From the human T2T-CHM13v2.0 reference genome, Homo sapiens: a DNA stretch of 64,000 bases. The notes beneath the pieces are model-generated. The model did no database searches, had not been told where the DNA came from, and saw only the letters and a list, made by a program, of their open reading frames with translations. The position numbers were made by a program, and so were the translations under genes. Of this stretch, positions 27,109-42,470 are shown piece by piece; positions within the stretch are counted from its first letter, which is position 1; the number at the start of each line of letters is the position of its first letter. The stretch lies in the NCBI RefSeq assembly GCF_009914755.1, contig NC_060928.1; one strand, given 5' to 3'.

Positions 27109-30100
27109 ATTGGGTACTTCGATATTTTATGTGCAGTACCCTATATATAGTTTGGGTACTTTGATATTTTATGTCCAGTATAAAATAAATAGTTTTGGTA
27201 CTTTGATATTTTATATACAGTATATAGTTTGAGTACTTTGATATTTAATGTTCAGTTTATTATAAATGTTTGGGTGCTTTCATATTTTATATACAGTATA
27301 TAATACATACTTTGGGCACTTTGATATTTTCTGTACAGTATATAATACATACTTTGGGTACTTTGATATTTTATGTACGGTATATAATACATACATTGGG
27401 TACTTTGATATTTTATGTACAGTATATAATATATAGTTTGGTTACTTTGATATTTTATATACAGTATATAATATATATTATGTGTACTTTGATATATTAT
27501 GTACAGTATATAATATATAGTATGGGTTGTTTGATATTTTATGTACAGTATATAATATATAGTTTGGGTAGTTTTATATTTTTAGTACAGTATGTAATAT
27601 ATAGTTTGTTTTATTTGATATTTTATGTACAGTATACAATATATAGTATTGGTACTTTGATATTTCATGTAAAGTATATAGTTTGAGTACTTTGATATTT
27701 TATATGCAGTTTATTATAAATGTTTGGGTACCTTCATATTTTATGTACAGTATATAATACATACTTTGGGAACTTTTATTTTATGTGCAGTATATAATAC
27801 ATACTTTGGGTACTTTGATATTTCATGTACAGTATATAATACACACTTTGGGTACTTTGATATTTTATGTACAGTATATAATACACACTTTGGGTAGTTT
27901 GATATTTTATGTACAGTATATAATACATACTTTGGGTACTTTGATGTATTATGTACAGTATATAATACATACTTTGGGTACTTTGATATTTTATGTACAG
28001 TATATAATACATACTTTGGGTACTTTGATATTTTATGTACAGTATGTAATACACACTTTGGGTACTTTGATATTTTATGTACAGTATGTAAAACATACTT
28101 TGGGTAGTTTGATATATTATGTACAGTATATAATACATACTTTGGGTACTCTGATATTTTATGTACAGTGTATAATACATACTTTGGGTACTTTGATATT
28201 TTATGTACAGTATATATTACATACTTTGGGTACTTTGATATTTTATGTACAGTATACAATATATAGTTTGAGTACTTTGATATTTTATGTACTGTATAAA
28301 ATATATAGTTTTGGTACTTTGATATTTTATGTACAGTATATAGTTTGAGTACTTTGATATTTTATGTACAGTTTGTTATAAATATTTTGGTGCTTTCATA
28401 TTTTATGTACTGTATATAATACATGCTTTGGGCACTTTGATATTTTATGTACAGTATATAATACATACTTTGGGTACTCTGATATTTTATGTACAGTGTA
28501 TAATACATACTTTGGGTACTTTGATATTTTATGTACAGTATATAATACATACATTGGGTACTTTGATATATTATGTACAGTATATAATACTTACTTGGGG
28601 TACTTTGATATTTTATGTACAGTATATAATACATAGTTTGTGTACTTTGATATTTTATGTACAGTATGTAGTACACACTTTGGGTATTTTGATATTTTAT
28701 GTACAGTATATAATACATACTTTGGGTATCTTGATATTTTATGTACAGTATATAATGCATACTTTGCGTCCTTTGATATTTTATGTACAGTATATAATGC
28801 ATACTTTGGGTACTTTGATATTTCATGTACAGTATGTAATACATACTTTGGGTACTTTGATATTTTATGTATAGTATATAATACATACTTTGTGTAGTTT
28901 GATATTTTATGTACAGTATACAATATATAGTTTGAGTACTTTGTTATTTTATGTGCAGTATAAAATATATAGTTTTCGTAATTGATCTTTTATGTACAGA
29001 ATATAGTTTGAGTACTTTGATATTTTATGTACACTTTATTATAAATGTTTGGGTCCTTTCATATTTTATGTACAGTATATAATACATACTTTGGTCTCTT
29101 TGATGTTTTATGTACAGTATATAATACATAATTTGGGTTCTTTGATATTTTATGTACAGAATATAATGCATAGTTTTAGGTACTTTTATATTTTATGTAC
29201 AGTATATAATACATACTTTGGGTACTTTGATATTTTATGTACAGTATATAATACATACTTTGGGAACTTTGATATTTTATGTACAGTATGTAATACATAC
29301 TTTGGGTACTTTGATATTTTATGTACAGTATATAATACATACTATTGGTACTTTGATATTTTATGTACAGTATACAATATATAGTTTGAGGACTTTGATA
29401 TTTTATGTCCAGTATAAAATATATAGATTTCATACTTTGATATTTTATGTACTGAATGTAGTTTGAGTACTTTGATATTTTATGTACACTTTATTATAAA
29501 AGTTTGGGTACTTTCATATTTTACGTACAGTATATAATACATACTTTGGGCACTTTGATGTTTTATGTACAGTATATAATACATACTTTGGGTTCTTTGA
29601 TAATTTATGTACAGCATATAATACATAATTTGGGGATTTTTATATTTTATGTACATTATATTATACATACTTTGGGTACTTTTATATTTTATGTACGGTA
29701 TATAATACACACTTTGGGTACTTTGATATATTATGTACAGTATATAATACATACTTTGGGTACTTTGATATATTATGTACAGTATATAATACATACTAAG
29801 GGTACTTTGACATTTTATGTACAGTACATAATACATACTTTGGGTACTTTGATATTTTATGTACAGTATATAATGCATACTTTGAATACTTTGATATTTT
29901 ATGTACAGTATATAATACATACTTTGGGTACTTTTATATTTTATGTACAGTATATAATATATAGTTTGGGTACTTTGATATTTTATGTACGGTATATAAT
30001 ACATACTTTGGGTACTTTGATATTTTATGTACAGTATATAATACATACTTTGGGTACTCTGATATTTTATGTACCGTATACAATATATAGTTTGAGTACT

Positions 30101-31950
30101 TTGATATTTTATGTACTGTATAAAATATATAGTTTTCGTACTTTGATATTTTATGTACAGTATATAGTTTGAGTACTTTGATATTTTATGTACAGTTTTT
30201 TATAAATGTTTGGGTGCTTTCATATTTTATGTACAGTATATAATACATACAAAGGGCACTTTGTTATTTTATGTACAGTATATAATACATACTTTGGGTA
30301 CTCTGATATTTTATGTACAGTGTATAATACATACTTTGGGTACTTTGATATTTTATGTACAATATATAATACATACGTTGGGAACTTTGATATATTATGT
30401 ACAGTATATAATACATACTTTGGGTACTTTGATATTTTATCTACAGTATACAACACATAGTTTGTGTACTTTGATATTTTATGTACAGTATATAATACAT
30501 ACTTTGGGTACTTTGATATTTTATGTACAGTATATAATACATACTTTGGGTACTTTCATATTTTATGTACAGTATATAATACATAGTTTGGTTACTTTGA
30601 TATTTTATCTACAGCTTATAATACATACTTTGGATACTTTGATACTTTATGTACAGTATATAATACATACTTTGGGTACTTTGATATTTTATGTACAGTA
30701 TACAATATATAGTTTGAGTACTTTGATATTTTATGTGCAGTATAAAATATATAGTTTTGGTACTTTCATATTTTATGTACAGTATATAGTTTGAGTACTT
30801 TGATATTTTATGGACAGTTTTTTATAAATGGGTGCTTTCATATTTTAAGTACAGTATATAATACATACTAAGGGCACTTTGATATTTTATGTACAGTATA
30901 TAATACATACTTTGGGTACTTTGATATTTTATGTACATCATATAATATATAGTTTGGGTACTTTGATATTTTATGTACAGTATATAATACATACCTTGGG
31001 TACTTTGATATTTTATGTACAGTACATAATATATAGTTTGGGTATTTTGATATTTTATGTACAGTATATAATACATACTTTGGGTACTTTGATATTTTAT
31101 GTACAGTATATAATACATACTTTGGGAACTTTGATATTTTATGTACAGTATGTAAAACATACTTTGGGTACTTTGATATTTTATGTACAGTATATAATAC
31201 ATACTATTGGTACTTTGATATTTTATGTACATTATACAATATATAGTTTGAGTACTTTGATATTTTATGTCCAGTATAAAATATATAGATTTCGTACTTT
31301 GATATTTTATGTACAGAATATAGTTTGAGTACTTTCATATTTTATGTACACTTTATTATAAAAGTTTGGGTACTTTCATATTTTACGTACAGTATATAAT
31401 ACATACTTTGGGCACTTTGATGTTTTATGTACAGTATATAATACATACTTTAGGTTCTTTTATATTTTATGTACAGCATATAATACAAAATTTGGGGACT
31501 TTTATATTTTATGTACATTATATAATACATACTTTGGGTACTTTTATATTTTATGTACGGTATATAATACATACTTTGGGTACTTTGATATATTATGTAC
31601 AGTATATAATACATACTTTGGGCACTTTGATGTTTTATGTACAGTATATAATACATACTTTGGGTTCTTTGATATGTTATTTACAGCATATAGTACATAA
31701 TTTGGGGACTTTTATATTTTATGTACATTATATAATACATACTTTGGGTACTTTTATATTTTATGTACAGTATATAATACATACTTTGGGTACTTTGATA
31801 TATTATGTACAGTATATAATACATACTTAGGGTACTTTGACATTTTATGTACAGTACATAATACATACTTTGGGTACTTTGATATTTTATGTACAGTATA
31901 TAATACATACTTTGGGTACTTTGATATTTTATGTACAGTATATAATACAT

Positions 31951-34454
31951 GTTTTGGGTACTTTTATATTTTATGTACAGTATATAATATATAGTTTGGG
32001 TACTTTGATATTTTATGTACGGTATATAATACATACTTTGGGTACTTTGATATTTTATGTACAGTATATAATACATACTTTGGGTACTTTGATAATTTAT
32101 GTACAGTATATAATACATACTTTGGGTACTTTGATATTTAATGTACAGTATATAATACACACTTTGCGTACTTTGATATTTTATGTAAAGTATGTAATAC
32201 ATACTTTGGGTACTTTGATATTTTATGTACAGTATGTAATACACGCTTTGGGTACTTTGATATTTTATGTAGAGTATGTAAAACATACTTTGGGTAGTTT
32301 GGTATTTTATGATCAGTATATAATACATATTTTGGGTACTTTGATATTTTATGTACAGTATATAATACATACTTTGGGTACTTTGATATTTTATGTACAG
32401 TATATAATGCATAATTTGGGTACTTCAATAGTTTATGCACAGTATATAATACATACTTTGGGTAATTTGATATTTTATGTACAGTATATAATGCATACTT
32501 TGGGTACTTTGATAGTTTATGTACAGTATACAATACATACTTTGGGTACTTTGATATTTTATGTACAGTATATAATATGTAGTTTGGGTACTTTGATATT
32601 TTAACTACAGTATATAATACATACTTTGGGTACTTTGATATTTTATCTACAGTATATAATAGATACTTTGGGTACTTTGATATATTATGTACAGTATATA
32701 ATACATAGTTTGGTTACTTTGATATTTTTTGTACAGTATGTAAAACATACTTTGGGGAGTTTGATATTTTATGAACAGTATATAATACACATTTTGGGTA
32801 CTTTGATATTTTATGTACGGTATATAATACATACTTTGAGTACTTTGATATTTTATGTACAGTATATAATTCATACTTTGGGTACTTTGATATTTTATGT
32901 ACAGTATATAATACATACATTGGGTACTTCGATATTTTATGTGCAGTACCCTATATATAGTTTGGGTACTTTGATATTTTATGTCCAGTATAAAATAAAT
33001 AGTTTTGGTACTTTGATATTTTATGTACAGTATATAGTTTGAGTACTTTGATATTTAATGTTCAGTTTATTATAAATGTTTGGGTGCTTTCATATTTTAT
33101 ATACAGTATATAATACATACTTTGGGCACTTTGATATTTTCTGTACAGTATATAATACATACTTTGGGTACTTTGATATTTTATGTATGGTATATAATAC
33201 ATGTTTTGGGTACTTTTATATTTTATGTACAGTATATAATATATAGTTTGGGTACTTTGATATTTTATGTACGGTATATAATACATACTTTGGGTACTTT
33301 GATATTTTATGTACAGTATATAATACATACTTTGGGTACTTTGATAATTTATGTACAGTATATAATACATACTTTGGGTACTTTGATATTTAATGTACAG
33401 TATATAATACACACTTTGCGTACTTTGATATTTTATGTAAAGTATGTAATACATACTTTGGGTACTTTGATATTTTATGTACAGTATGTAATACACGCTT
33501 TGGGTACTTTGATATTTTATGTAGAGTATGTAAAACATACTTTGGGTAGTTTGGTATTTTATGATCAGTATATAATACATATTTTGGGTACTTTGATATT
33601 TTATGTACAGTATATAATACATACTTTGGGTACTTTGATATTTTATGTACAGTATATAATGCATAATTTGGGTACTTCAATAGTTTATGCACAGTATATA
33701 ATACATACTTTGGGTAATTTGATATTTTATGTACAGTATATAATGCATACTTTGGGTACTTTGATAGTTTATGTACAGTATACAATACATACTTTGGGTA
33801 CTTTGATATTTTATGTACAGTATATAATATGTAGTTTGGGTACTTTGATATTTTAACTACAGTATATAATACATACTTTGGGTACTTTGATATTTTATCT
33901 ACAGTATATAATAGATACTTTGGGTACTTTGATATATTATGTACAGTATATAATACATAGTTTGGTTACTTTGATATTTTTTGTACAGTATGTAAAACAT
34001 ACTTTGGGGAGTTTGATATTTTATGAACAGTATATAATACACATTTTGGGTACTTTGATATTTTATGTACGGTATATAATACATACTTTGGGTACTTTGA
34101 TATTTTATGTACAGTATATAATTCATACTTTGGGTACTTTGATATTTTATGTACAGTATATAATACATACATTGGGTACTTCGATATTTTATGTGCAGTA
34201 CCCTATATATAGTTTGGGTACTTTGATATTTTATGTCCAGTATAAAATAAATAGTTTTGGTACTTTGATATTTTATGTACAGTATATAGTTTGAGTACTT
34301 TGATATTTAATGTTCAGTTTATTATAAATGTTTGGGTGCTTTCATATTTTATATACAGTATATAATACATACTTTGGGCACTTTGATATTTTCTGTACAG
34401 TATATAATACATACTTTGGGTACTTTGATATTTTATGTATGGTATATAATACAT
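31951..34454. repeat. Near-perfect head-to-tail duplication of a 1,252-bp unit (30 monomers minus 8 bp)
   Basis: Units 31951-33202 and 33203-34454; identical ORF pairs 32138/33390 and 32647/33899; one difference noticed (32839 A vs 34091 G). Confidence 0.88.
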
Positions 34455-37400
34455 ACAATGGGTACTTTGATATTTTATGTACAGTATATAATATATAGTT
34501 TGGTTACTTTGATATTTTATATACAGTATATAATATATATTATGTGTACTTTGATATATTATGTACAGTATATAATATATAGTATGGGTTGTTTGATATT
34601 TTATGTACAGTATATAATATATAGTTTGGGTAGTTTCATATTTTTAGTACAGTATGTAATATATAGTTTGTTTTATTTGATATTTTATGTACAGTATACA
34701 ATATATAGTATTGGTACTTTGATATTTCATGTAAAGTATATAGTTTGAGTACTTTGATATTTTATATGCAGTTTATTATAAATGTTTGGGTACCTTCATA
34801 TTTTATGTACAGTATATAATACATACTTTGGGAACTTTTATTTTATGTGCAGTATATAATACATACTTTGGGTACTTTGATATTTCATGTACAGTATATA
34901 ATACACACTTTGGGTACTTTGATATTTTATGTACAGTATATAATACATACTTTGGGTACTTTGATGTATTATGTACAGTATATAATACATACTTTGGGTA
35001 CTTTGATATTTTATGTACAGTATATAATACATACTTTGGGTACTTTGATATTTTATGTACAGTATGTAATACATAATTTGGGTACTTTAATATTTTATGT
35101 GTAGTATATAATACATACTTTGGGTACTTAGATATTTTATGTACAGTATATAATACATACATTGGGTACTTTCATATTTCATGTACAGTATATAATATAT
35201 AGTTTGGGTACTTTGGTATATTATGTACTGTATATAATACATACTTTGAGTACTTTGATATTTTATGTACAGTATATAATACATACTTTGAGTACTTTGA
35301 TATTTTATGTACAGTATGTAATACATAATTTGGGTACTTTAATATTTTATGTATAGTATATAATACATACTTTGGGTACTTTGATATTTTATGTACAGTA
35401 TATAATATATACATTGGGTACTTTCATATTTCATGTACAGTATATAATATATAGTTTGGGTACTTTGGTATATTATGTACTGTATATAATACATACTTTG
35501 AGTACTTTGATATTTTATGTACAGTATATAATATATAGTTTGGGTACTTTGATATTTTATATACAATATATAATATGTATTATGTGTACTTTGATATATT
35601 CTGTGCAGTATATAATATATAGTTTGGGTTGTTTGATATTTTATGTACAGTATATAATATATTGTTTGGGTAGTTTGATATTTTAAGTACAGTATGTAAT
35701 ATATAGTTTGTGTTATTTGATATTTTATGTAATGTATACAATATATAGTACTGGTACTTTGATATTTCATGTAAAGTATATAGTTTGAGTACTTTGATAT
35801 TTTATATACAGTTTATTATAAATGTTTGGGTACCTTCATATTTTATGTACAGTATATAATACATACTTTGGGAACTTTTATTTTATGTGCAGTATATAAT
35901 ACATACCTTGGGTACTTTGATATTTTATGTACAGGATATAATACACACTTTGGGTACTTTGATATTTTATGTACAGTATATAATACACACTTTGGGTAGT
36001 TTGATATTTTATGTACAGTATATAATACATACTTTGGGTACTTTGATATTTTATGTACAGTATGTAATACATAATTTGGGTACTTTAATATTTTATGTAT
36101 AGTATATAATACATACTTTGGGTACTTTGATATTTTATGTACAGTATATAATACATACATTGGGTACTTTCATATTTCATGTACAGTATATAATATATAG
36201 TTTGGGTACTTTGGTATATTATGTACTGTATATAATACATACTTTGAGTACTTTGATATTTTATGTACAGTATATAATACATACTTTGCGTACTTTGATA
36301 TTTTATGTCCAGTATAGAATATATAGTTTTGGTAGTTTGATATTTTATGTACAGTATATAGTTTGAGTACTTTCACATTTTATGTACAGTTTATTATAAA
36401 TGTTTGGGTGTTTTCATATTTTATGTACTGTATATAATACATACATTGGGCACTTTGATATATTATGTACAGTATATAATACATACTTTGGGTACTCTGA
36501 TATTTTATGTACAGTATATAATACACACTTTGGGTACTTTGATATTTTATGTACAGGATATAATGCATACTTTGGGTACTTTGATTGTTTATGTACAGTA
36601 TATAATACATAATTTGGGTACTTTGATATTTTATGTATAGTATAAAATATACAGTTTGGGTACTTTGATATTTTATGTACAGTATGTAAAACATACTTTG
36701 GGGAGTTTGATATTTTATGTACAGTATGTAAAACATAATTTGGGGAGTTTGATATTTTATGAACAGTATATAATACACATTTTGTGTACTTTGGTATTTT
36801 ATGTACAGTATATAATACATACTTTGGGTACTTTGATATTTTATGTACAGTATATAATACATACTTTGGGTACTTTGATATTTTATGTACAGTATACAAT
36901 ATATAGTTTGAGTACTTTGATATTTTATGTACTGTATAAAATATATAGTTTTGGTACTTTGATATTTTATGTACAGTATATAGTTTGAGTACTTTGATAT
37001 TTTATGTACAGTTTGTTATAAATATTTGGGTGCTTTCATATTTTATGTACTGTATATAATACATGCTTTAGGCACTTTGATATTTTATGTACAGTATATA
37101 ATACATACTTTGGGTACTCTGATATTTTATGTACAGTGTATAATACATACTTTGGGTACTTTGATATTTTATGTACAGTATATAATACATAAATTGGGTA
37201 CTTTGATATATTATGTACAGTATATAATACTTACTTGGGGTACTTTGATATTTTATGTATAGTATATAATACATAGTTTGTGTACTTTGATATTTTATGT
37301 ACAGTATATAATACATACTATTGGTACTTTGATATTTTATGTACAGTATACAATATATAGTTTGAGTACTTTGATATTTTATGTCCAGTATAAAATATAT

Positions 37401-38879
37401 AGATTTCGTACTTTGATATTTTATGTACAGAATATAGTTTGAGTACTTTGATATTTTATGTACACTTTATTATAAAAGTTTGGGTACTTTCATATTTTAT
37501 GTACAGTATATAATACATACTTTGGGCACTTTGATCTTTTATGCACAGTATATAATACATACTTTGGGTACTTTTATATTTTATGTACAGTATATAATAC
37601 ATAGTTTGGGTACTTTGATATTTAATATACAGTATATAATGCACACTTTGCGTACTTTGATATTTTATGTAAAGTATGTAATACATACTTTGGGTAGTTT
37701 GATATTTTATGTACAGTATGTAATACACACTTTGGGTACTTTGATATTTTATGTACAGTATGTAAAACATACTTTGGGTAGTTTGATATATTATGATCAG
37801 TATATAATACACATTTTGGGTACTTTGATATTTTATGTACAGTGTATAATACATACTTTGGGTACTTTGATATTTTATGTACAGGATATAATGCATACTT
37901 TGGGTACTTTGATAGTTTATGTACAGTATATAATACTTACTTTGGGTACTTTGATATTTTATATATAGTATAAAATATATAGTTTGGGTAGTTTGATACT
38001 TTAAGTATAGTATATGATACATATTTTTAGTACTTAGATATTTTATCTACAGTGTATAATAAATACTATGGGTACTTTGATATATTATGTACAATAGATA
38101 ATACATGCTTTGGGTACTTTGGTATTTTATGTACAGTATATAATACATACTTTGGGTACTTTGATATTTTATGTACAGTATATAATACATACATTGGGTG
38201 CTTTCATATTTCATGTACACTATATAATATATAGTTTGGGTACTTTGGTATATTATGTACTGTATATAATACATACTTTGAGTATTTTGATATTTTATGT
38301 ACAGTATATAATACATACTTTGGGTACTTTGATATTTTATGTACAGTATATAATGCATAATTTGGGTACTTCAATAGTTTATGCACAGTATATAATACAT
38401 ACTTTGGGTAATTTGATATTTTATGTACAGTATATAATGCATACTTTGGGTACTTTGATAGTTTATGTACAGTATACAATACATACTTTGGGTACTTTGA
38501 TATTTTATGTACAGTATATAATATGTAGTTTGGGTACTTTGATATTTTAACTACAGTATATAATACATACTTTGGGTACTTTGATATTTTATCTACAGTA
38601 TATAACAGATACTTTGGGTACTTTGATATATTATGTACAGTATATAATACATAGTTTGGTTACTTTGATATTTTTTGTACAGTATGTAAAACATACTTTG
38701 GGGAGTTTGATATTTTATGAACAGTATATAATACACATTTTGGGTACTTTGATATTTTATGTACGGTATATAATACATACTTTGGGTACTTTGATATTTT
38801 ATGTACAGTATATAATTCATACTTTGGGTACTTTGATATTTTATGTACAGTATATAATACATACTTTGGGTACTTTGAT
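33191..38879. repeat. 5.7-kb segment, copy 1 (copy 2 at 42471-48159; offset 9280)
   Basis: Constant 9280 offset across dozens of ORF pairs (33390/42670, 34332/43612, 36404/45684, 37480/46760, 38572/47852). Confidence 0.9.
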
Positions 38880-39094
38880 GTATTATGTACAGTATATAAT
38901 ACATACTTTGGGTACTTTGATATTTTATGTACAGTATATAATACATACTTTGGGTACTTTGATATTTTATGTACAGTATATAATACATACTTTGGGTACT
39001 TTGATGTATTATGTACAGTATATAATACATACTTTGGGTACTTTGATATTTTATGTACAGTATATAATACACACTTTGGGTACTTTGATATTTT

Positions 39095-40935
39095 ATGTAC
39101 AGTATATAATACACACTTTGGGTACTTTGATATTTTATGTACAGTATATAATACATACTTTGGGTACTTTGATGTATTATGTACAGTATATAATACATAC
39201 TTTGGGTACTTTGATATTTTATGTACAGTATATAATACATACTTTGGGTACTTTGATATTTTATGTACAGTATGTAATACATAATTTGGGTACTTTAATA
39301 TTTTATGTGTAGTATATAATACATACTTTGGGTACTTAGATATTTTATGTACAGTATATAATACATACATTGGGTACTTTCATATTTCATGTACAGTATA
39401 TAATATATAGTTTGGGTACTTTGGTATATTATGTACTGTATATAATACATACTTTGAGTACTTTGATATTTTATGTACAGTATATAATACATACTTTGAG
39501 TACTTTGATATTTTATGTACAGTATGTAATACATAATTTGGGTACTTTAATATTTTATGTATAGTATATAATACATACTTTGTGTACTTTGATATTTTAT
39601 GTACAGTATATAATATATACATTGGGTACTTTCATATTTCATGTACAGTATATAATATATAGTTTGGGTACTTTGGTATATTATGTACTGTATATAATAC
39701 ATACTTTGAGTACTTTGATATTTTATGTACAGTATATAATATATAGTTTGGGTACTTTGATATTTTATATACAATATATAATATGTATTATGTGTACTTT
39801 GATATATTCTGTGCAGTATATAATATATAGTTTGGGTTGTTTGATATTTTATGTACAGTATATAATATATTGTTTGGGTAGTTTGATATTTTAAGTACAG
39901 TATGTAATATATAGTTTGTGTTATTTGATATTTTATGTAATGTATACAATATATAGTACTGGTACTTTGATATTTCATGTAAAGTATATAGTTTGAGTAC
40001 TTTGATATTTTATATACAGTTTATTATAAATGTTTGGGTACCTTCATATTTTATGTACAGTATATAATACATACTTTGGGAACTTTTATTTTATGTGCAG
40101 TATATAATACATACCTTGGGTACTTTGATATTTTATGTACAGGATATAATACACACTTTGGGTACTTTGATATTTTATGTACAGTATATAATACACACTT
40201 TGGGTAGTTTGATATTTTATGTACAGTATATAATACATACTTTGGGTACTTTGATATTTTATGTACAGTATGTAATACATAATTTGGGTACTTTAATATT
40301 TTATGTATAGTATATAATACATACTTTGGGTACTTTGATATTTTATGTACAGTATATAATACATACATTGGGTACTTTCATATTTCATGTACAGTATATA
40401 ATATATAGTTTGGGTACTTTGGTATATTATGTACTGTATATAATACATACTTTGAGTACTTTGATATTTTATGTACAGTATATAATACATACTTTGCGTA
40501 CTTTGATATTTTATGTCCAGTATAGAATATATAGTTTTGGTAGTTTGATATTTTATGTACAGTATATAGTTTGAGTACTTTCACATTTTATGTACAGTTT
40601 ATTATAAATGTTTGGGTGTTTTCATATTTTATGTACTGTATATAATACATACATTGGGCACTTTGATATATTATGTACAGTATATAATACATACTTTGGG
40701 TACTCTGATATTTTATGTACAGTATATAATACACACTTTGGGTACTTTGATATTTTATGTACAGGATATAATGCATACTTTGGGTACTTTGATTGTTTAT
40801 GTACAGTATATAATACATAATTTGGGTACTTTGATATTTTATGTATAGTATAAAATATACAGTTTGGGTACTTTGATATTTTATGTACAGTATGTAAAAC
40901 ATACTTTGGGGAGTTTGATATTTTATGTACAGTAT
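39095..40935. repeat. 1.84-kb segment, middle of three copies (others at 34887-36727 and 44167-46007)
   Basis: Offsets 4208 and 5072: ORF triplets 35087/39295/44367, 35843/40051/45123, 36404/40612/45684. Confidence 0.88.
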
Positions 40936-42470
40936 ATAATACATACATTGGGTACTTTGATATATTATGCACAGTATATAATACTTACTTGGGGTACTTT
41001 GATATTTTATGTACAGTATATAATACATACTTTGTGTACTTTGATATTTTATGTACCTTATATAATACATAATTTGGGTACTTTGATATTTTATGTACAG
41101 TATATAATACATACTTTGGGTATCTTGATATTTTATATACAGTATATAATGCATATTTTGGGTACTTTGATATTTTATGTACAGTATATAATGCATACTT
41201 TGAGTACTTTGATATTTTATGTACAGTATATAATGCATACTTTGAGTACTTTGATATTTTATGTACAGTAAGTAATACATACTTTGGGTACTTTGATATT
41301 TTATGTATAGTATATAATACATAGTTTGTGTAGTTTGATATTTTATGTACAGTATACAATATATAGTTTGAGTACTTTGATATTTTATGTCCAGTATAAA
41401 ATATATAGTTTTCCTAATTGATATTTTATGTACAGAATATAGTTTGAGTACTTTGATATATTATGTACACTTTATTATAAATGTTTGGGTACTTTCATAT
41501 TTTATGTACAGTATATAATACATACTTTGGTCTCTTTGATGTTTTATGTACAGTATATAATACATACTTTGGGTTCTTTGATATTTTATGTGCAGAATAT
41601 AATGCATAGTTTTAGGTACTTTTATATTTTATGTACAGTATATAATACATACTTTGGGTACTTTGATATTTTATGTACAGTATATGATACATACTTTGGG
41701 AACTTTGATATTTTATGTACAGTATGTAATACATACTTTGGGTACTTTGATATTTTATGTACAGTATATAATACATATTATTGGTACTTTGATATTTTAT
41801 GTACAGTATACAATATATAGTTTGAGTACTTTGATATTTTATGTCCAGTATAAAATACATAGATTTCATACTTTGATATTTTATGTACAGAATATAGTTT
41901 GAGTACTTTGATATTTTATGTACACTTTATCATAAAAGTTTGGGTACTTTCATATTTTACGTACAGTATATAATACATACTTTGGGCACTTTGATGTTTT
42001 ATGTACAGTATATAATACATACTTTGGGTTCTTTGATATGTTATGTACAGCATATAGTACATAATTTGGGGACTTTTATATTTTATGTACATTATATAAT
42101 ACATACTTTGGGTACTTTTATATTTTATGTACTGTATATAATACATACTTTGGGTACTTTGATATATTATGTACAGTATATAATACATACTTTGGGTACT
42201 TTGATATATAATGTACAGTATATAATACATACTTAGGGTACTTTGATATTTTATGTACAGTACATAATACATACTTTGGGTACTTTGATATTTTATGTAC
42301 AGTATGTAATACATACTTTGGGTACTTTGATATTTTATGTACAGTATATAATACATGTTTTGGGTACTTTGATATTTAATGTACAGTATATAATACACAC
42401 TTTGGGTACTTTGATATTTTATGTACAGTATATAATACATACTTTGGGTACTTTGATATTTTATGTACAG

